A stretch of 64,000 bases of DNA from Nemertoderma westbladi (GCA_032718475.1 JAUCBJ010005882.1:1-64000), one strand, 5' to 3'. Positions 21,833-33,612 are shown, numbered from the stretch's first letter. Numbers and translations: made by a program. Notes: a model not told the origin generated them from the sequence alone.

Positions 21833-24800
21833 GATTACAGACCGGGAGAATAAACCTCTATAGGGAAATAAAGTGGAGTTAGTGAAGGTAGGTGAGGCTG
21901 GCTGGGCCTGGATTACAGATCGGGCGAATAAACCTCAATATGGAAATAAAGTGGAGTTAGTGAAGGTAGGCGAGACTGACTGGGCCTGGATTACAGAGCG
22001 GGCGAATAAACCTCTACAGGGAAATAAAGTGGAGTTAGTGAAGGTAGGTGAGGCTGGCTGGGCCTGGATTACAGATCGGGCGAATAAACCTCTATAGGGA
22101 AATAAAGTGGAGTTAGTGAAGGTAGGTGAGGCTGACTGGGCCTGGATTACAGATCGGGCGAATAAACCTCTATAGGGAAATAAAGTGGAGTTAGTGAAGG
22201 TAGGTGAGGCTGACTGGGCCTGGATTACAGATCGGGCGAATAAACCTCTATAGGGAAATAAAGTGGAGTTAGTGAAGGTAGGTGAGGCTGACTGGGCCTG
22301 GATTACAGATCGGGCGAATAAACCTCTATAGGGAAATAAAGTGGAGTTAGTGAAGGTAGGTGAGGCTGGCTGGGCCTGGATTACAGATCGGGCGAATAAA
22401 CCTCTATAGGGAAATAAAGTGGAGTTAGTGAAGGTAGGTGAGGCTGGCTGGGCCTGGATTACAGATCGGGCGAATAAACCTCTATAGGGAAATAAAGTGG
22501 AGTTAGTGAAGGTAGGTGAGACTGGCTGGGCCTGGATTACAGATCGGGCGAATAAACCTCTATAGGGAAATAAAGTGGAGTTAGTGAAGGTGGGTGAGGC
22601 TGGCTGGGCCTGGATTACAGATCGGGCGAATAAACCTCTATAGGGAAATAAAGTGGAGTTAGTGAAGGTAGGTGAGACTGGCTGGGCCTGGATTACAGAT
22701 CGGGCGAATAAACCTCTATAAGGAAATAAAGTGGAGTTAGTGAAGGTAGGTGAGGCTGGCTGGGCCTGGATTACAGATCGGGCGAATAAACCTCTATAGG
22801 GAAATAAAGTGGAGTTAGTGAAGGTAGGTGAGACTGGCTGGGCCTGGATTACAGATCGGGCGAATAAACCTCTATAGGGAAATAAAGTGGAGTTAGTGAA
22901 GGTAGGTGAGGCTGGCTGGGCCTGGATTACAGACCGGGAGAATAAACCTCTACAGGGAAATAAAGTAGAGTTAGTGAAGGTAGGTGAGGCTGACTGGGCC
23001 TGGATTACAGACCGGGAGAATAAACCTCTATAGGGAAATAAAGTGGAGTTAGTGAAGGTAGGTGAGCCTGACTGGGCCTGGATTACAGACCGGGAGAATA
23101 AACCTCTATAGGGAAATAAAGTAGTGTTAGTGAAGGTAGGTGAGGCTGACTGCGCCTGGATTACAGACCGGGAGAATAAACCTCTATAGGGAAATAAAGT
23201 GGAGTTAGTGAAGGTAGGTGAGGCTGACTGGGCCTGGATTACAGATCGGGCGAATAAACCTCTACAGGGAAACAAAGTGGAGTTAGTGAAGGTAGGTGAG
23301 GCTGACTGGGCCTGGATTACAGACCGGGAGAATAAACCTCTATAGGGAAATAAAGTGGAGTTAGTGAAGGTAGGTGAGGCTGACTGGGCCTGGATTACAG
23401 ATCGGGCGAATAAACCTCTACAGGGAAACAAAGTGGAGTTAGTGAAGGTAGGTGAGGCTGACTGGGCCTGGATTACAGAGCGGGCGAATAAACCTCTACA
23501 GGGAAACAAAGTGGAGTTAGTGAAGGTAGGTGAGGCTGACTGGGCCTGGATTACAGACCGGGAGAATAAACCTCTACAGGGAAATAAAGTAGAGTTAGTG
23601 AAGGTAGGTGAGGCTGACTGGGCCTGGATTACAGAGCGGGCGAATAAACCTCTATAGGGAAATAAAGTGGAGTTAGTGAAGGTAGGTGAGCCTGACTGGG
23701 CCTGGATTACAGACCGGGAGAATAAACCTCTATAGGGAAATAAAGTAGTGTTAGTGAAGGTAGGTGAGGCTGACTGCGCCTGGATTACAGACCGGGAGAA
23801 TAAACCTCTACAGGGAAACAAAGTGGAGTTAGTGAAGGTAGGTGAGGCTGACTGGGCCTGGATTACAGATCGGGCGAATAAACCTCTACAGGGAAACAAA
23901 GTGGAGTTAGTGAAGGTAGGTGAGGCTGACTGGGCCTGGATTACAGACCGGGAGAATAAACCTCTACAGGGAAATAAAGTAGAGTTAGTGAAGGTAGGTG
24001 AGGCTGACTGGGCCTGGATTACAGAGCGGGCGAATAAACCTCTATAGGGAAATAAAGTGGAGTTAGTGAAGGTAGGTGAGGCTGACTGGGCCTGGATTAC
24101 AGAGCGGGCGAATAAACCTCTATAGGGAAATAAAGTGAGTTAGAGAAGGTAGGTGAGGCTGGCTGGGCCTGGATTACAGACCGGGAGAATAAACCTCTAT
24201 ATAGGGAAATAAAGTGAGTTAGAGAAGGTAGGTGAAGCTGACTGGGCCTGGATTACAGACCGGGAGAATAAACCTCTATAGGGAAACAAAGTGGAGTTAG
24301 TGAAGGTAGGTGAGGCTGACTGGGCCTGGATTACAGACCGGGAGAATAAACCTCTATAGGGAAATAAAGTGGAGTTAGTGAAGGTAGGTGAGACAGACTG
24401 GGCATGGATTATAGAGCGGGAGAATAAACCTCTATAGGGAAATAAAGTGGAGTTAGTGAAGGTAGGTGAGGCTGACTGCGAGCCTGGATTACAGAGCGGG
24501 CGAATAAACCTCTATAGGGAAATAAAGTAGAGTTAGTGAAGGTAGGCGAGACAGACTGGGCATGGATTACAGACCGGGAGAATAAACCTCTATAGGGAAA
24601 TAAAGTGGAGTTAGTGAAGGTAGGTGAGGCTGACTGCGAGCCTGGATTACAGAGCGGGCGAATAAACCTCTATAGGGAAATAAAGTGGAGTTAGAGAAGG
24701 TAGATGAGGCTGACTGCGAGCCTGGATTACAGAGCGGGCGAATAAACCTCTATAGGGAAATAAAGTGGAGTTAGTGAAGGTAGGTGAGGCTGACTGGGCC

Positions 24801-25692
24801 TGGATTACAGACCGGGAGAATAAACCTCTATAGGGAAATAAAGTGGAGTTAGTGAAGGTAGGTGAGGCTGACTGGGCCTGGATTACAGAGCGGGCGAATA
24901 AACTTCTATAGGGAAATAAAGTGGAGTTAGTGAAGGTAGGTGAGGCTGACTGGGCCTGGATTACAGACCGGGAGAATAAACCTCTATAGGGAAATAAAGT
25001 AGAGTTAGTGAAGGTAGGCGAGACAGACTGGGCATGGATTACAGACCGGGAGAATAAACCTCTATAGGGAAATAAAGTGGAGTTAGTGAAGGTAGGTGAG
25101 GCTGACTGCGAGCCTGGATTACAGAGCGGGCGAATAAACCTCTATAGGGAAATAAAGTGGAGTTAGAGAAGGTAGATGAGGCTGACTGCGAGCCTGGATT
25201 ACAGAGCGGGCGAATAAACCTCTATAGGGAAATAAAGTGGAGTTAGTGAAGGTAGGTGAGGCTGACTGGGCCTGGATTACAGACCGGGAGAATAAACCTC
25301 TACAGGGAAATAAAGTAGAGTTAGTGAAGGTAGGTGAGGCTGACTGGGCCTGGATTACAGACCGGGAGAATAAACCTCTATAGGGAAATAAAGTGGAGTT
25401 AGTGAAGGTAGGTGAGGCTGACTGGGCCTGGATTACAGACCGGGAGAATAAACCTCTACAGGGAAATAAAGTAGAGTTAGTGAAGGTAGGTGAGGCTGAC
25501 TGGGCCTGGATTACAGACCGGGAGAATAAACCTCTATAGGGAAATAAAGTGGAGTTAGTGAAGGTAGGTGAGGCTGACTGGGCCTGGATTACAGACCGGG
25601 AGAATAAACCTCTATAGGGAAATAAAGTGGAGTTAGTGAAGGTAGGCGAGACAGACTGGGACTGGATCAAAGACCGGATCAAGTCAATCCCT
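21833..25692 (-). repeat. 78-bp CWC22 splice-acceptor/exon-start tandem array, distal block (~49 units)
   Basis: Near-identical units; 654-aa open frame 21935-23899 of (RGLF[SA][20 protein letters not shown][YC])n; small indels at ~24130-25200; most diverged unit at 25635-25692. Confidence 0.95.
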
Positions 25693-25847
25693 GGGGAATT
25701 AAATAAGATAATATTAAAAGCATATAAACTATTTAGAAATTAAATAGAACTCTTGAAATTCCAAATAGTAACTGCCAAGAATAGACAATTTTTAAATGTC
25801 AGTTTAAAATAATATAAAAAAAAATAATTATATATAAATAAACTCAC

Positions 25848-25976
25848 CTGCCACGGATAATGTTCTCTTGAAACAGTTCCTTAACGATCTCAATAATATT
25901 AGATATATTGATTTTGTTAATTAAACCGTGGATAGATTTACGGAGGGCCTCCCACGACAGGCGCTGGTACAAAGCG
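25848..25976 (-). CDS. CWC22: CWC22 exon (start of MIF4G)
   Basis: tttcag|(S)[42 protein letters not shown](R)|gtgagt; 129 nt, phase 2 to 2. Confidence 0.96.
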
Positions 25977-26365
25977 CTGAAAATAGATATTATATTATAT
26001 TAATATAGAATACTTGCCAAAACCACCAATCCATATATAATAGCCTCAATATAATGGACGAGTTGTTAAGAAGTCCCTTAAAATCAAGCGGGCACTTAAT
26101 TTAAGTTGATTCAAAGGGACTTCTAGAATATCATATAACATGACAAAAACTTCCTCTTATAATTGGAATTCCAGAATACCTCCTTAATAATACTCATTAA
26201 GTTAATGGAGCTATTAACATAGTTGAATTTAATTATTTTACCAGTGTCCCATTGTATGTACTGTCCAGTGTCCATTAGTTGATTTGGAGGCCGGAAAACA
26301 GATAGATATAAGGAAATGAATAACATGTGCGAATATCCTGAACTTCATTGTTTAAAAAACTAACC

Positions 26366-26407
26366 AGCAAACGTTTCGAGTACAAAACTGTATTCATCAT
26401 CAGAGCA
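26366..26407 (-). ncRNA. Penelope-type minimal hammerhead motif (degenerate; second copy 27763-27804 on +)
   Basis: gcuCUGAUGAu-gaauaca(guuu)uguacuc-GAAACGUU-ugc; the other copy has CUCAUGA but a better stem I. Confidence 0.55.
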
Positions 26408-26490
26408 ACACACATAAATGCAGAAACTAATAATCATAATCATAAACAAAAAACTAAATACTAACATCAGGCAAAAATTACTAAATAGAA

Positions 26491-27527
26491 GCAGAGGCAG
26501 TTAAGTTAGCAGCTGCAGAAACAGTTCCTGTATACCCTCGAAACAGGAAACGGGCCCCCTGGATTGACAACAAAATTCAGAAGTGTCGAAATGACCTCTA
26601 CAAGGCGCAGAAAGAGTCCCGACTCAAACAGACTACAGCGGCCAAGAATGCAGTTAAGGCTGCATCCTAGGTCCCTGAACAGGCAGTACTCTGTTAATTT
26701 ACAGGAGCTAATAAACTAACAGGTTGATGCCATCAATGATGCTGACGACAGCAGGCAATCATCCCAGGCATGGAGATCGATCAACTTGGTTGCTGGTCGA
26801 AAAAGCCAACCAACCACCAAGGTTAAGGCTGAATCACCAGCCGATCGCCTCAATGGTTGGAAGGCCCACTTTGAAAAGCTCCTCAATAGTGACCGGGTAT
26901 TGCCTGATAACTTTATAGAAGTAAAAGGATCATGGATCGGGAAGTCAGATGAGGACCTTCGAATACGTAAGGGAAAGGCATGGGCAGCCTTGAATAGGCT
27001 TTCCAGGATTTGGAAGTCACCGAGAATTAATCGGAAACTTAAGGTCCGATTATTTAGAGCAGCAGTAGTTCCAGTACTCCTCTATGGGAGTCCATGCTGG
27101 GCTCTAACTGCTGAGGACACCAAATCTCTGGATGGCACATTCACAAGAATGCTACGCCGAGTTCATTGTGTCAAGTACAATGCACAGCACACATCTTCAA
27201 CCAGACACTATATAACATTGGAGGTGTCTCATTGGTTCCCCCAAGCTTGACACTAGAACAAAATCGCCTCCGCTTTGCAGGACATTGCTTTCGCCGTGAG
27301 GACCAGCCAGTGCATAATCTTGTACTTTGGCAGCCTCATGGAGTGAATAAGCATGGTGGACAGCCCATGACTTTCTTGAGACGCATCTTAAAGGACACTG
27401 GCCTTGAAGATGCGGATGATCTAGCAAATGTCATGGGTGATAAGGAGTTGTGGCGGTGCAATTTTACGATAAGCCGGCACAGCATTCTTAAAAATGCAGC
27501 TGCAATGCAGCATGCCGATCCTAGTAG
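26491..27527 (+). mobile_element. RTE-like LINE, 5'-truncated and lacking the RT core
   Basis: WKAHFEKLLN...GSWIG...IRKGKAWAALNRLSRIWKS...LLYGS...RLRFAGHC; (TAG)n tail; 12-bp TSD TACTAAATAGAA (26479-26490, 27528-27539). Confidence 0.88.
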
Positions 27528-28190
27528 TACTAAATAGAATGAATAGCCCAAACGGATAGTAGGGCAGTCTACCCAGAAAATAAGGCTAGTTTTATGGAGC
27601 TAAAACTAATCTGTTTTGTTTATTATGGGTAGGTTGGATGTCTCGAATGAAAAGGGACCCTGTAATGGCTGTATCAAAATTGTAATTAGCTGAACCAATA
27701 ATCGAACAATTAACGATTGTACACATCGCATGCAATATATTAGTTTCTGCATTTATGTGTGTTGCACTCATGATGAATACAGTTTTGTACTCGAAACGTT
27801 TGTTGGTTAGTTTTATTAAACAATGAGTTTTAGGATATTCGCGCATGTTAATCTTTTCCTTATACTGTCCATTGCATCTGCCACTGAAATATGCGAGCGT
27901 CTAAATATTTTCTAACCAAAACAATAAACCAAATAGGAGAACGCATGTTATATTATAGCAATGTTAAAGGAACAAGAACTAATGCCTATACTAGTGCTAT
28001 ATGCTAAACTAATGCCTATACTAATGCCTATACCCAAGAAAAAACGAAACGCAAACTGGAAATAAACAATTGTGCATTAAAATATCCTGGTACAAATATA
28101 TAAATACACAATCCACAAAGATGCCGGTATTGTAAATTTATATAATATAGAGCACTACATACTACAGTAGGCCTACTATACAACACAAAC

Positions 28191-28562
28191 CTGGACTTGT
28201 CGGACGCATCTGTTTGCAGAGCCCGTAGACGATGGGGCGGGATATAGGCGCCGCCAATGAGGCCAGACAGAGTCTCTGAGCTCGGTGTGGGTCGGGCTGC
28301 CGTAACAGACGAGGTGGCAGCAGTCTGTCCACTGGGACCAGAACCAGAAGCAGCTATGGGATCTGGAACATTTTCTCTAGGGAGGCTTACATTAGATAGT
28401 CCTTTGACCTCTTCACTTGCCTCCCCTGTTTTAGACATCATCGTTGATTGATCTTCGACTGCATCGCCGACTTCCGAACCTTTACTTCCGATTTCCCCAT
28501 CTTCTGGTTCAGATGAATGTTCCGAAACAGATTGTTCGGCCATAGAACTGGCACTGGAAGAG
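28191..28562 (-). CDS. CWC22: CWC22 exon (disordered N-terminus to GGAYIPP motif)
   Basis: ...LIGGAYIPPHRLRALQTDASDKS|gtttgt matches conserved GGAYIPPxxLR; acceptor atctttag at 28563; phase 2 joins the next exon. Confidence 0.88.
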
Positions 28563-28815
28563 CTAAAGATAAATAAACACGGGTGTAGAAAGATAATATT
28601 ATGGAGTAATCGTAATGTTAATACATCGGTGTCACAATGGAGAATGGCTGTAAGGGCAGAAGGGTAAGGGCCAACTTGATCGGCTACCGCTACCTGGCTA
28701 CGCTAACTACAGACAACTTCTTGCATTGATTGCTATAGCTCCGCATTTTTGTGTTTTAGACATGATCTATGTTGTACCGCTATCGTCAGATCGTGGCTCT
28801 ATCACAGTCTGACAG

Positions 28816-29720
28816 CCAGGTTGGAATTCATGCATGAGCGCGCAGGTACGCTTTGTTGTTTTGAAATCACCGCGCACCTGAAATTGGCTCGTCGCGCACC
28901 TCATCATGTCATAATCCAAACAAAATCGCGCAGCTCATGTCATGCATATCTCAAAAAATCGCACAGTTCATAAGAACAATTTTACATTCCTATTTTACAA
29001 GTTTGAGCGTTTTAAGCTTATCTTTACGTCTGTCTGTCTGTACGTTGAATCTAGGCTTACATAATAAATGTAATTTTTGCAACATCAAAATTGTTAATAT
29101 TAAAAAATATTTTTTTAATCCACTACTACAGTATGGTGGCCCATCGGGCTCACTGCTTTTATAACAGAAAATATTATTTTAGATTACAAACAAAACATGT
29201 ACCGGTAATTTCAAAAAAACGAATATTGAAATAGGTACCAGTCTGCCAATAATACTTTGTATAGGCCTACCTAACAATTAGGCTTAAACATACAGTTGGC
29301 TTATAATTAAGTCATACTTATAATACATTGTTACTTTCTGACTTTACCTGTTTACTAACGTAACATCGGCATAGCATAGACCTAATAACAATACAACAAT
29401 AGAGTACTGTAGTTAAAATAAATAGACAAATTCAGCTCCGGTTGCCGGTATTACAGTATTATGGTGAAGTGATTTGACTGTTTGAAGAATTGGAAATGAG
29501 AAAATAATGCGAGCGCAGCGAGCGAAATTTTTTTGTGTATTTTCGTGATTTCAATTAATTTGTGGTGCGCATCAGAGGCAGAGCTGCGCGCTGAGGCGCA
29601 ACGCGCACCTGTCTCACACCCGAACGCGCACCTGTCTCACCCAAACGCGCAACGCGCATCTGGTTTGCGGTCATTCGCGCAGGTACGCGTCCGAGTTTTG
29701 CAGCATGAATTCCAACCTGG
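28816..29720. mobile_element. hAT-like MITE
   Basis: TIR ccaggttggaattcatgc / gcatgaattccaacctgg; perfect 8-bp TSD TCTGACAG. Confidence 0.85.
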
Positions 29721-29988
29721 TCTGACAGTACAGGCGAGGCTGCGAGGCGCACTTTTTATTTTATATGGAAATCATACAGAGTTTTTTACTTGTCTGACTT
29801 GGGTTTACTTAGGAGGCCTAACTGCCTAACTGGCCTAATGTATTAATGGGATGTTTTACATGTACAGAGTACCGGTACAGACTGCAGACTGGGATATTGG
29901 TTTGTTTACAGCAGTAGGCCTATCTGCCTATAACCAATAACCAGCATATTACTGTATCAACTGCTGAACTGATTAATTAATAACAAAC

Positions 29989-30176
29989 TATTTAGGAATG
30001 ACATGTTGGTATCCAATTTTATCCTCATCTGAATCATCCTCTGCAGAACAATGTTTCCGTTTGTTCGAAAATTTTGAATCCGCCCCACGTCCACCATCAG
30101 GTAGTTGTCTCTTCAAACCTTGAGATAATGTATTCCCATTGCTGGAAGGATAATTTTCATCCGCGGATCCAGGCAT
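29989..30176 (-). CDS. CWC22: Candidate first coding exon of CWC22
   Basis: MPGSADENY...NKRKHCSAEDDSDEDK...IPK + TA|gtttgt (same donor hexamer as at 28190) joins exon 28562 in frame (TA+C = Tyr); no conserved motif to confirm it. Confidence 0.45.
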
Positions 30177-33100
30177 GATCTTATGTTGATGATAGGCCTA
30201 TTACCTTATTACAGTATTACTGCTGAGGCTGCTGCAGTCTGGCAGTGCTCAGTGCTGCTGTACTGTGCAGCTGTGCACTGTCTGATTGTCAGACTCTACC
30301 AGTCTACCAGACTGCCGGGTATAACTTTTGCGTAGAGGTATAGCCTACATAGAGGCTACATGTAGGTATGTGTAGCCTACATGTAGATGCACGTGTAGGG
30401 TGAATGTAGGTAGGTGTAGGTAGGTCTTTAAAAACAACAATGGTGAATGAATAGGCTTACACGGGGTACCCGGACCGGAACTTCCTCGATGAGATGCGAA
30501 TACGGCGAACGGGGGTGGTACCCGGAACAACCACGAAGAGATGCGCATATGGCGGGCGGTGGTATCCGAAACAACCAGGAGGAGATGCGAATACGTCGAA
30601 TGGGGGTCCCCTGAATACCCACGAGACGGAGCCTATCAATACTACAGTACTGACAAAGGAAAAAACGACTGAACGATATACCGATACATACTGTAGATCT
30701 TATGATCCTGCGGGTTCAGGCATGGAGGCTAATAACTTTGTATGGGACGAACGGCCCGAACCTGATGTTTCCAGTCAAGGAGGAATCGACTAACGGTTAG
30801 GGTTATTAGAGCTCGTCGTCGGTGTCCATGAGGGTCTGAGGATGAGTGGGTGATTCAATAAAACGCTAACAATGATACCGGACTGACTGATTGAACCAGA
30901 GTGGCGATGGTAGTCGCTGATGTATATACAGTATATTATATATATCATGTATTGATTGTTAGTAGATATTTTTTTATAATATTTGTTTATTAAATTGTCT
31001 TCAATGTCTATATTGATAATATTGTGTGCTGATTTTACTTATTTTCCATTTTATAAATCTTGCTGTGGCCGTTTTAATCTACTATAAACTGCCGTATCAA
31101 TTTCATGATATTTTAATGGATATGCAATTTAACTTCTTCTTTCTATTAACTTTCAATGCAATCAAATATAACTGTAAAGCTATTGACTTTCGTGTTATTG
31201 TTTTGCTGTTACTTCGAGATGGGATTTGAATCCCATCTGATTACTGATTAATTCCCATCATCGAGATGGGAATACTTTATAATGAAACAGTGTGGTGGTC
31301 CGCGGGATAGTGGGAAGGGATGGGACTGTTGCTGGAATGTGACAGCCTGAAAAATTAAAACAAACAAAACTTCCAGACTTCTATATTTTTACTTTCAAAA
31401 CAAAACGCCCAAAACATTTCAATGCTGAAAGTCCCATGGATGTATGGTTGATAAACAGATAAAGAGGGGCAGAGGGGGTCAGGGTTTCTGGTAGACTATA
31501 GTCCCCGCGATGATGGCTGTTTGTTTTAGGTTACTCTTACTCAATAAACATATAAATCAGAACGAGTTAATCTAATGGAACGATGCCTTTCGTGGCGTTA
31601 GCATACTCAAATTTATTAGGGCCTAATATTTATGACGAGTAAGGGACTTTCAGTCTGGTTCCCGGCTTAATTTGACATTATGTCAAATTTGACATGTGGC
31701 ATGTCAAATTTGTCACTAATGTCAAAATTGCCATTTCGTTGTTTAAATTCTATCTATAGGCATACCGGTAGTTAAAAGACAGATGGAGGCAAATACGGGT
31801 AGTTGGTAGTTGATAGTCATTACTGACTTAAATAGTTAAACAAATAGTTAATAATACGGTACTTTCTTTCGTTGTATTCAGTAAAAATATAATCAGGCAA
31901 GGTACGTGTAGGAGCAATCCCTCTGTGAGCAAGTCGAGTTCGATGGAAATGCTACATATGACATACTGACATATGCCTGCCTATCCCAAAAACAAGAACT
32001 AGTCGATTTGTACTTCCAAATCCAACAAGATATGAGCAATAGGTACCATAAAAGAGGAGCCTGAAACTGATGAATAGTCTGTTCTGAATCATTCATTTCA
32101 TACCATTCAGCCATTAGAATAGGCCTATATATTATATTGCACTAGTCCTAATCTTTTGTGGTTCATAAATTGTATTGATATTGAGTTCCGAAATTGCTGG
32201 GGACTGGCTGACTGGACGCAATAAAGTTGCATCCCTCTCCAGCTCCAGGGGAAATTGGACACAATTAACAGTTGCTTACTCTCAAAAATTAAACTGTAGC
32301 CTTTCTCTATTTCGTTCTATTGTGTTTAGTTTATTGTTTTGGTTAAAATAATGTGCCTTTGTAACTTGCTCCTTTCCAGAAGGAATCCGTAATTAAATAT
32401 CCCATTTTTCATTTCATCAGTTGTCCAGTTTAAAATATAAAGCTATACCTAGGGTTCAACAGAAGGCACTTTATGGGGCCGAACCGATCCGAAGCAGGGT
32501 CAACTTCGGGCCGAACCAAATCCGAACCGAAGTTCAGAAAGTTAGCAAGTTATGGTCATAAATTCGCATTTACGTTACTGTACTGGCTGGCTGGCAGTGG
32601 CAGACTGGTTAAATTTGTACACTACCTGACTACCCGGTCTGCCGGTTAAAAAGTACGCATGTGATGGGATTAGTCCTACTGCCTACAATCAGTCGGTGAG
32701 AAGTCAAAAATTGGACTTCAAGTCCAATTTTAGACTTCAAGTCCAATTTTGGACTCCAAAGTCCAATATTGGACTTTAGTACAACTCCAAGTGTACCCAT
32801 GCTGCCATACTGTATATCGGTATTTAAATCAAAACTGCATCCCGTATCAGTACATATATATTACATAATTACAATGCAACATTATTTTAATGATCAAATT
32901 AATTATTATATGTATTACAAACAGGGATCGCACACGTCAGCACGTACAGTCAGACATCAGTAGTTACTTTTTGCGGTAGTGGTATAGCTTTGCGGTAGCC
33001 ATGTAGCCTTACTGCCTTAGCGGTGTATGCCGCGGTAGCCTAGTTGAGTTATAGTTGTATAGTTAGTTCATTCATACCCATACTGCCATACCTGTGGTAT

Positions 33101-33186
33101 TTTCGTATGGCAAAAATAAGACTACTGTAAACTGTAACCTATTATGTTATTGAGTTTAATGTTTATTGACTAATTGTTTTGATTAG

Positions 33187-33612
33187 GTTCACTGTGTCAA
33201 GTACAATGCACACATCTCTGCATCTCCAACCAGACACTATATAACATTGGAGTTGGAGGTGTCTCATTCAGTCATTGGTTCCCCCAAGCTTGACACTAGA
33301 ACAAAGCCGCTTCCGCTTTGCAGGACATCGCTTTAAGCCGTGAGGACCAGCCAGTGCACCTCATGGAGTGAATAAGCATGGTGGACAGCCCATGACCTTC
33401 TTGAGACGCATCTTTCTTTACTGTCTTAAAGGACACTGGCCTTGAAGATGCGGATGATCTAGCAAATGTCATGGGTGATAAGGCTGTAAGAGTGTAAGGG
33501 AGTTGTGGAGGCGCACTTTTGTCAACAAGCCGGCACAGCATTCTTAATACATAATAGGGCCTATATATATATAATGCAGCTGCAATGAATCATGCCGATT
33601 GTAGTAGTAGTA
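33187..33612 (+). mobile_element. RTE-like LINE 3' fragment with many micro-insertions
   Basis: Aligns to 27160-27527; (TAG)n tail. Confidence 0.85.

Larger units (their letters stand above)
26315..27860 (-). mobile_element. Penelope-like element relic with inverted pseudo-LTR, interrupted by an RTE-like LINE
   Basis: GIY-YIG C-terminal-like peptide NCSIIGSANYNFDTAITGSLFIRDIQPTHNKQ (~27612-27710, minus); inverted ~110-bp copies at 26322-26432 and 27739-27850 carry hammerhead-like cores. Confidence 0.65.

Noticed and set aside
21935-23899. 654-aa repeat ORF as an independent gene
   Set aside because: A by-product of a 78-bp (multiple of 3) exon-derived unit; no ATG start, and neighbouring units carry indels and a stop.
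29340-29355. Strong minus-strand donor CAG|GTAAAG as a CWC22 exon end
   Set aside because: Lies inside the hAT-like MITE 28816-29720 with no supporting coding frame.
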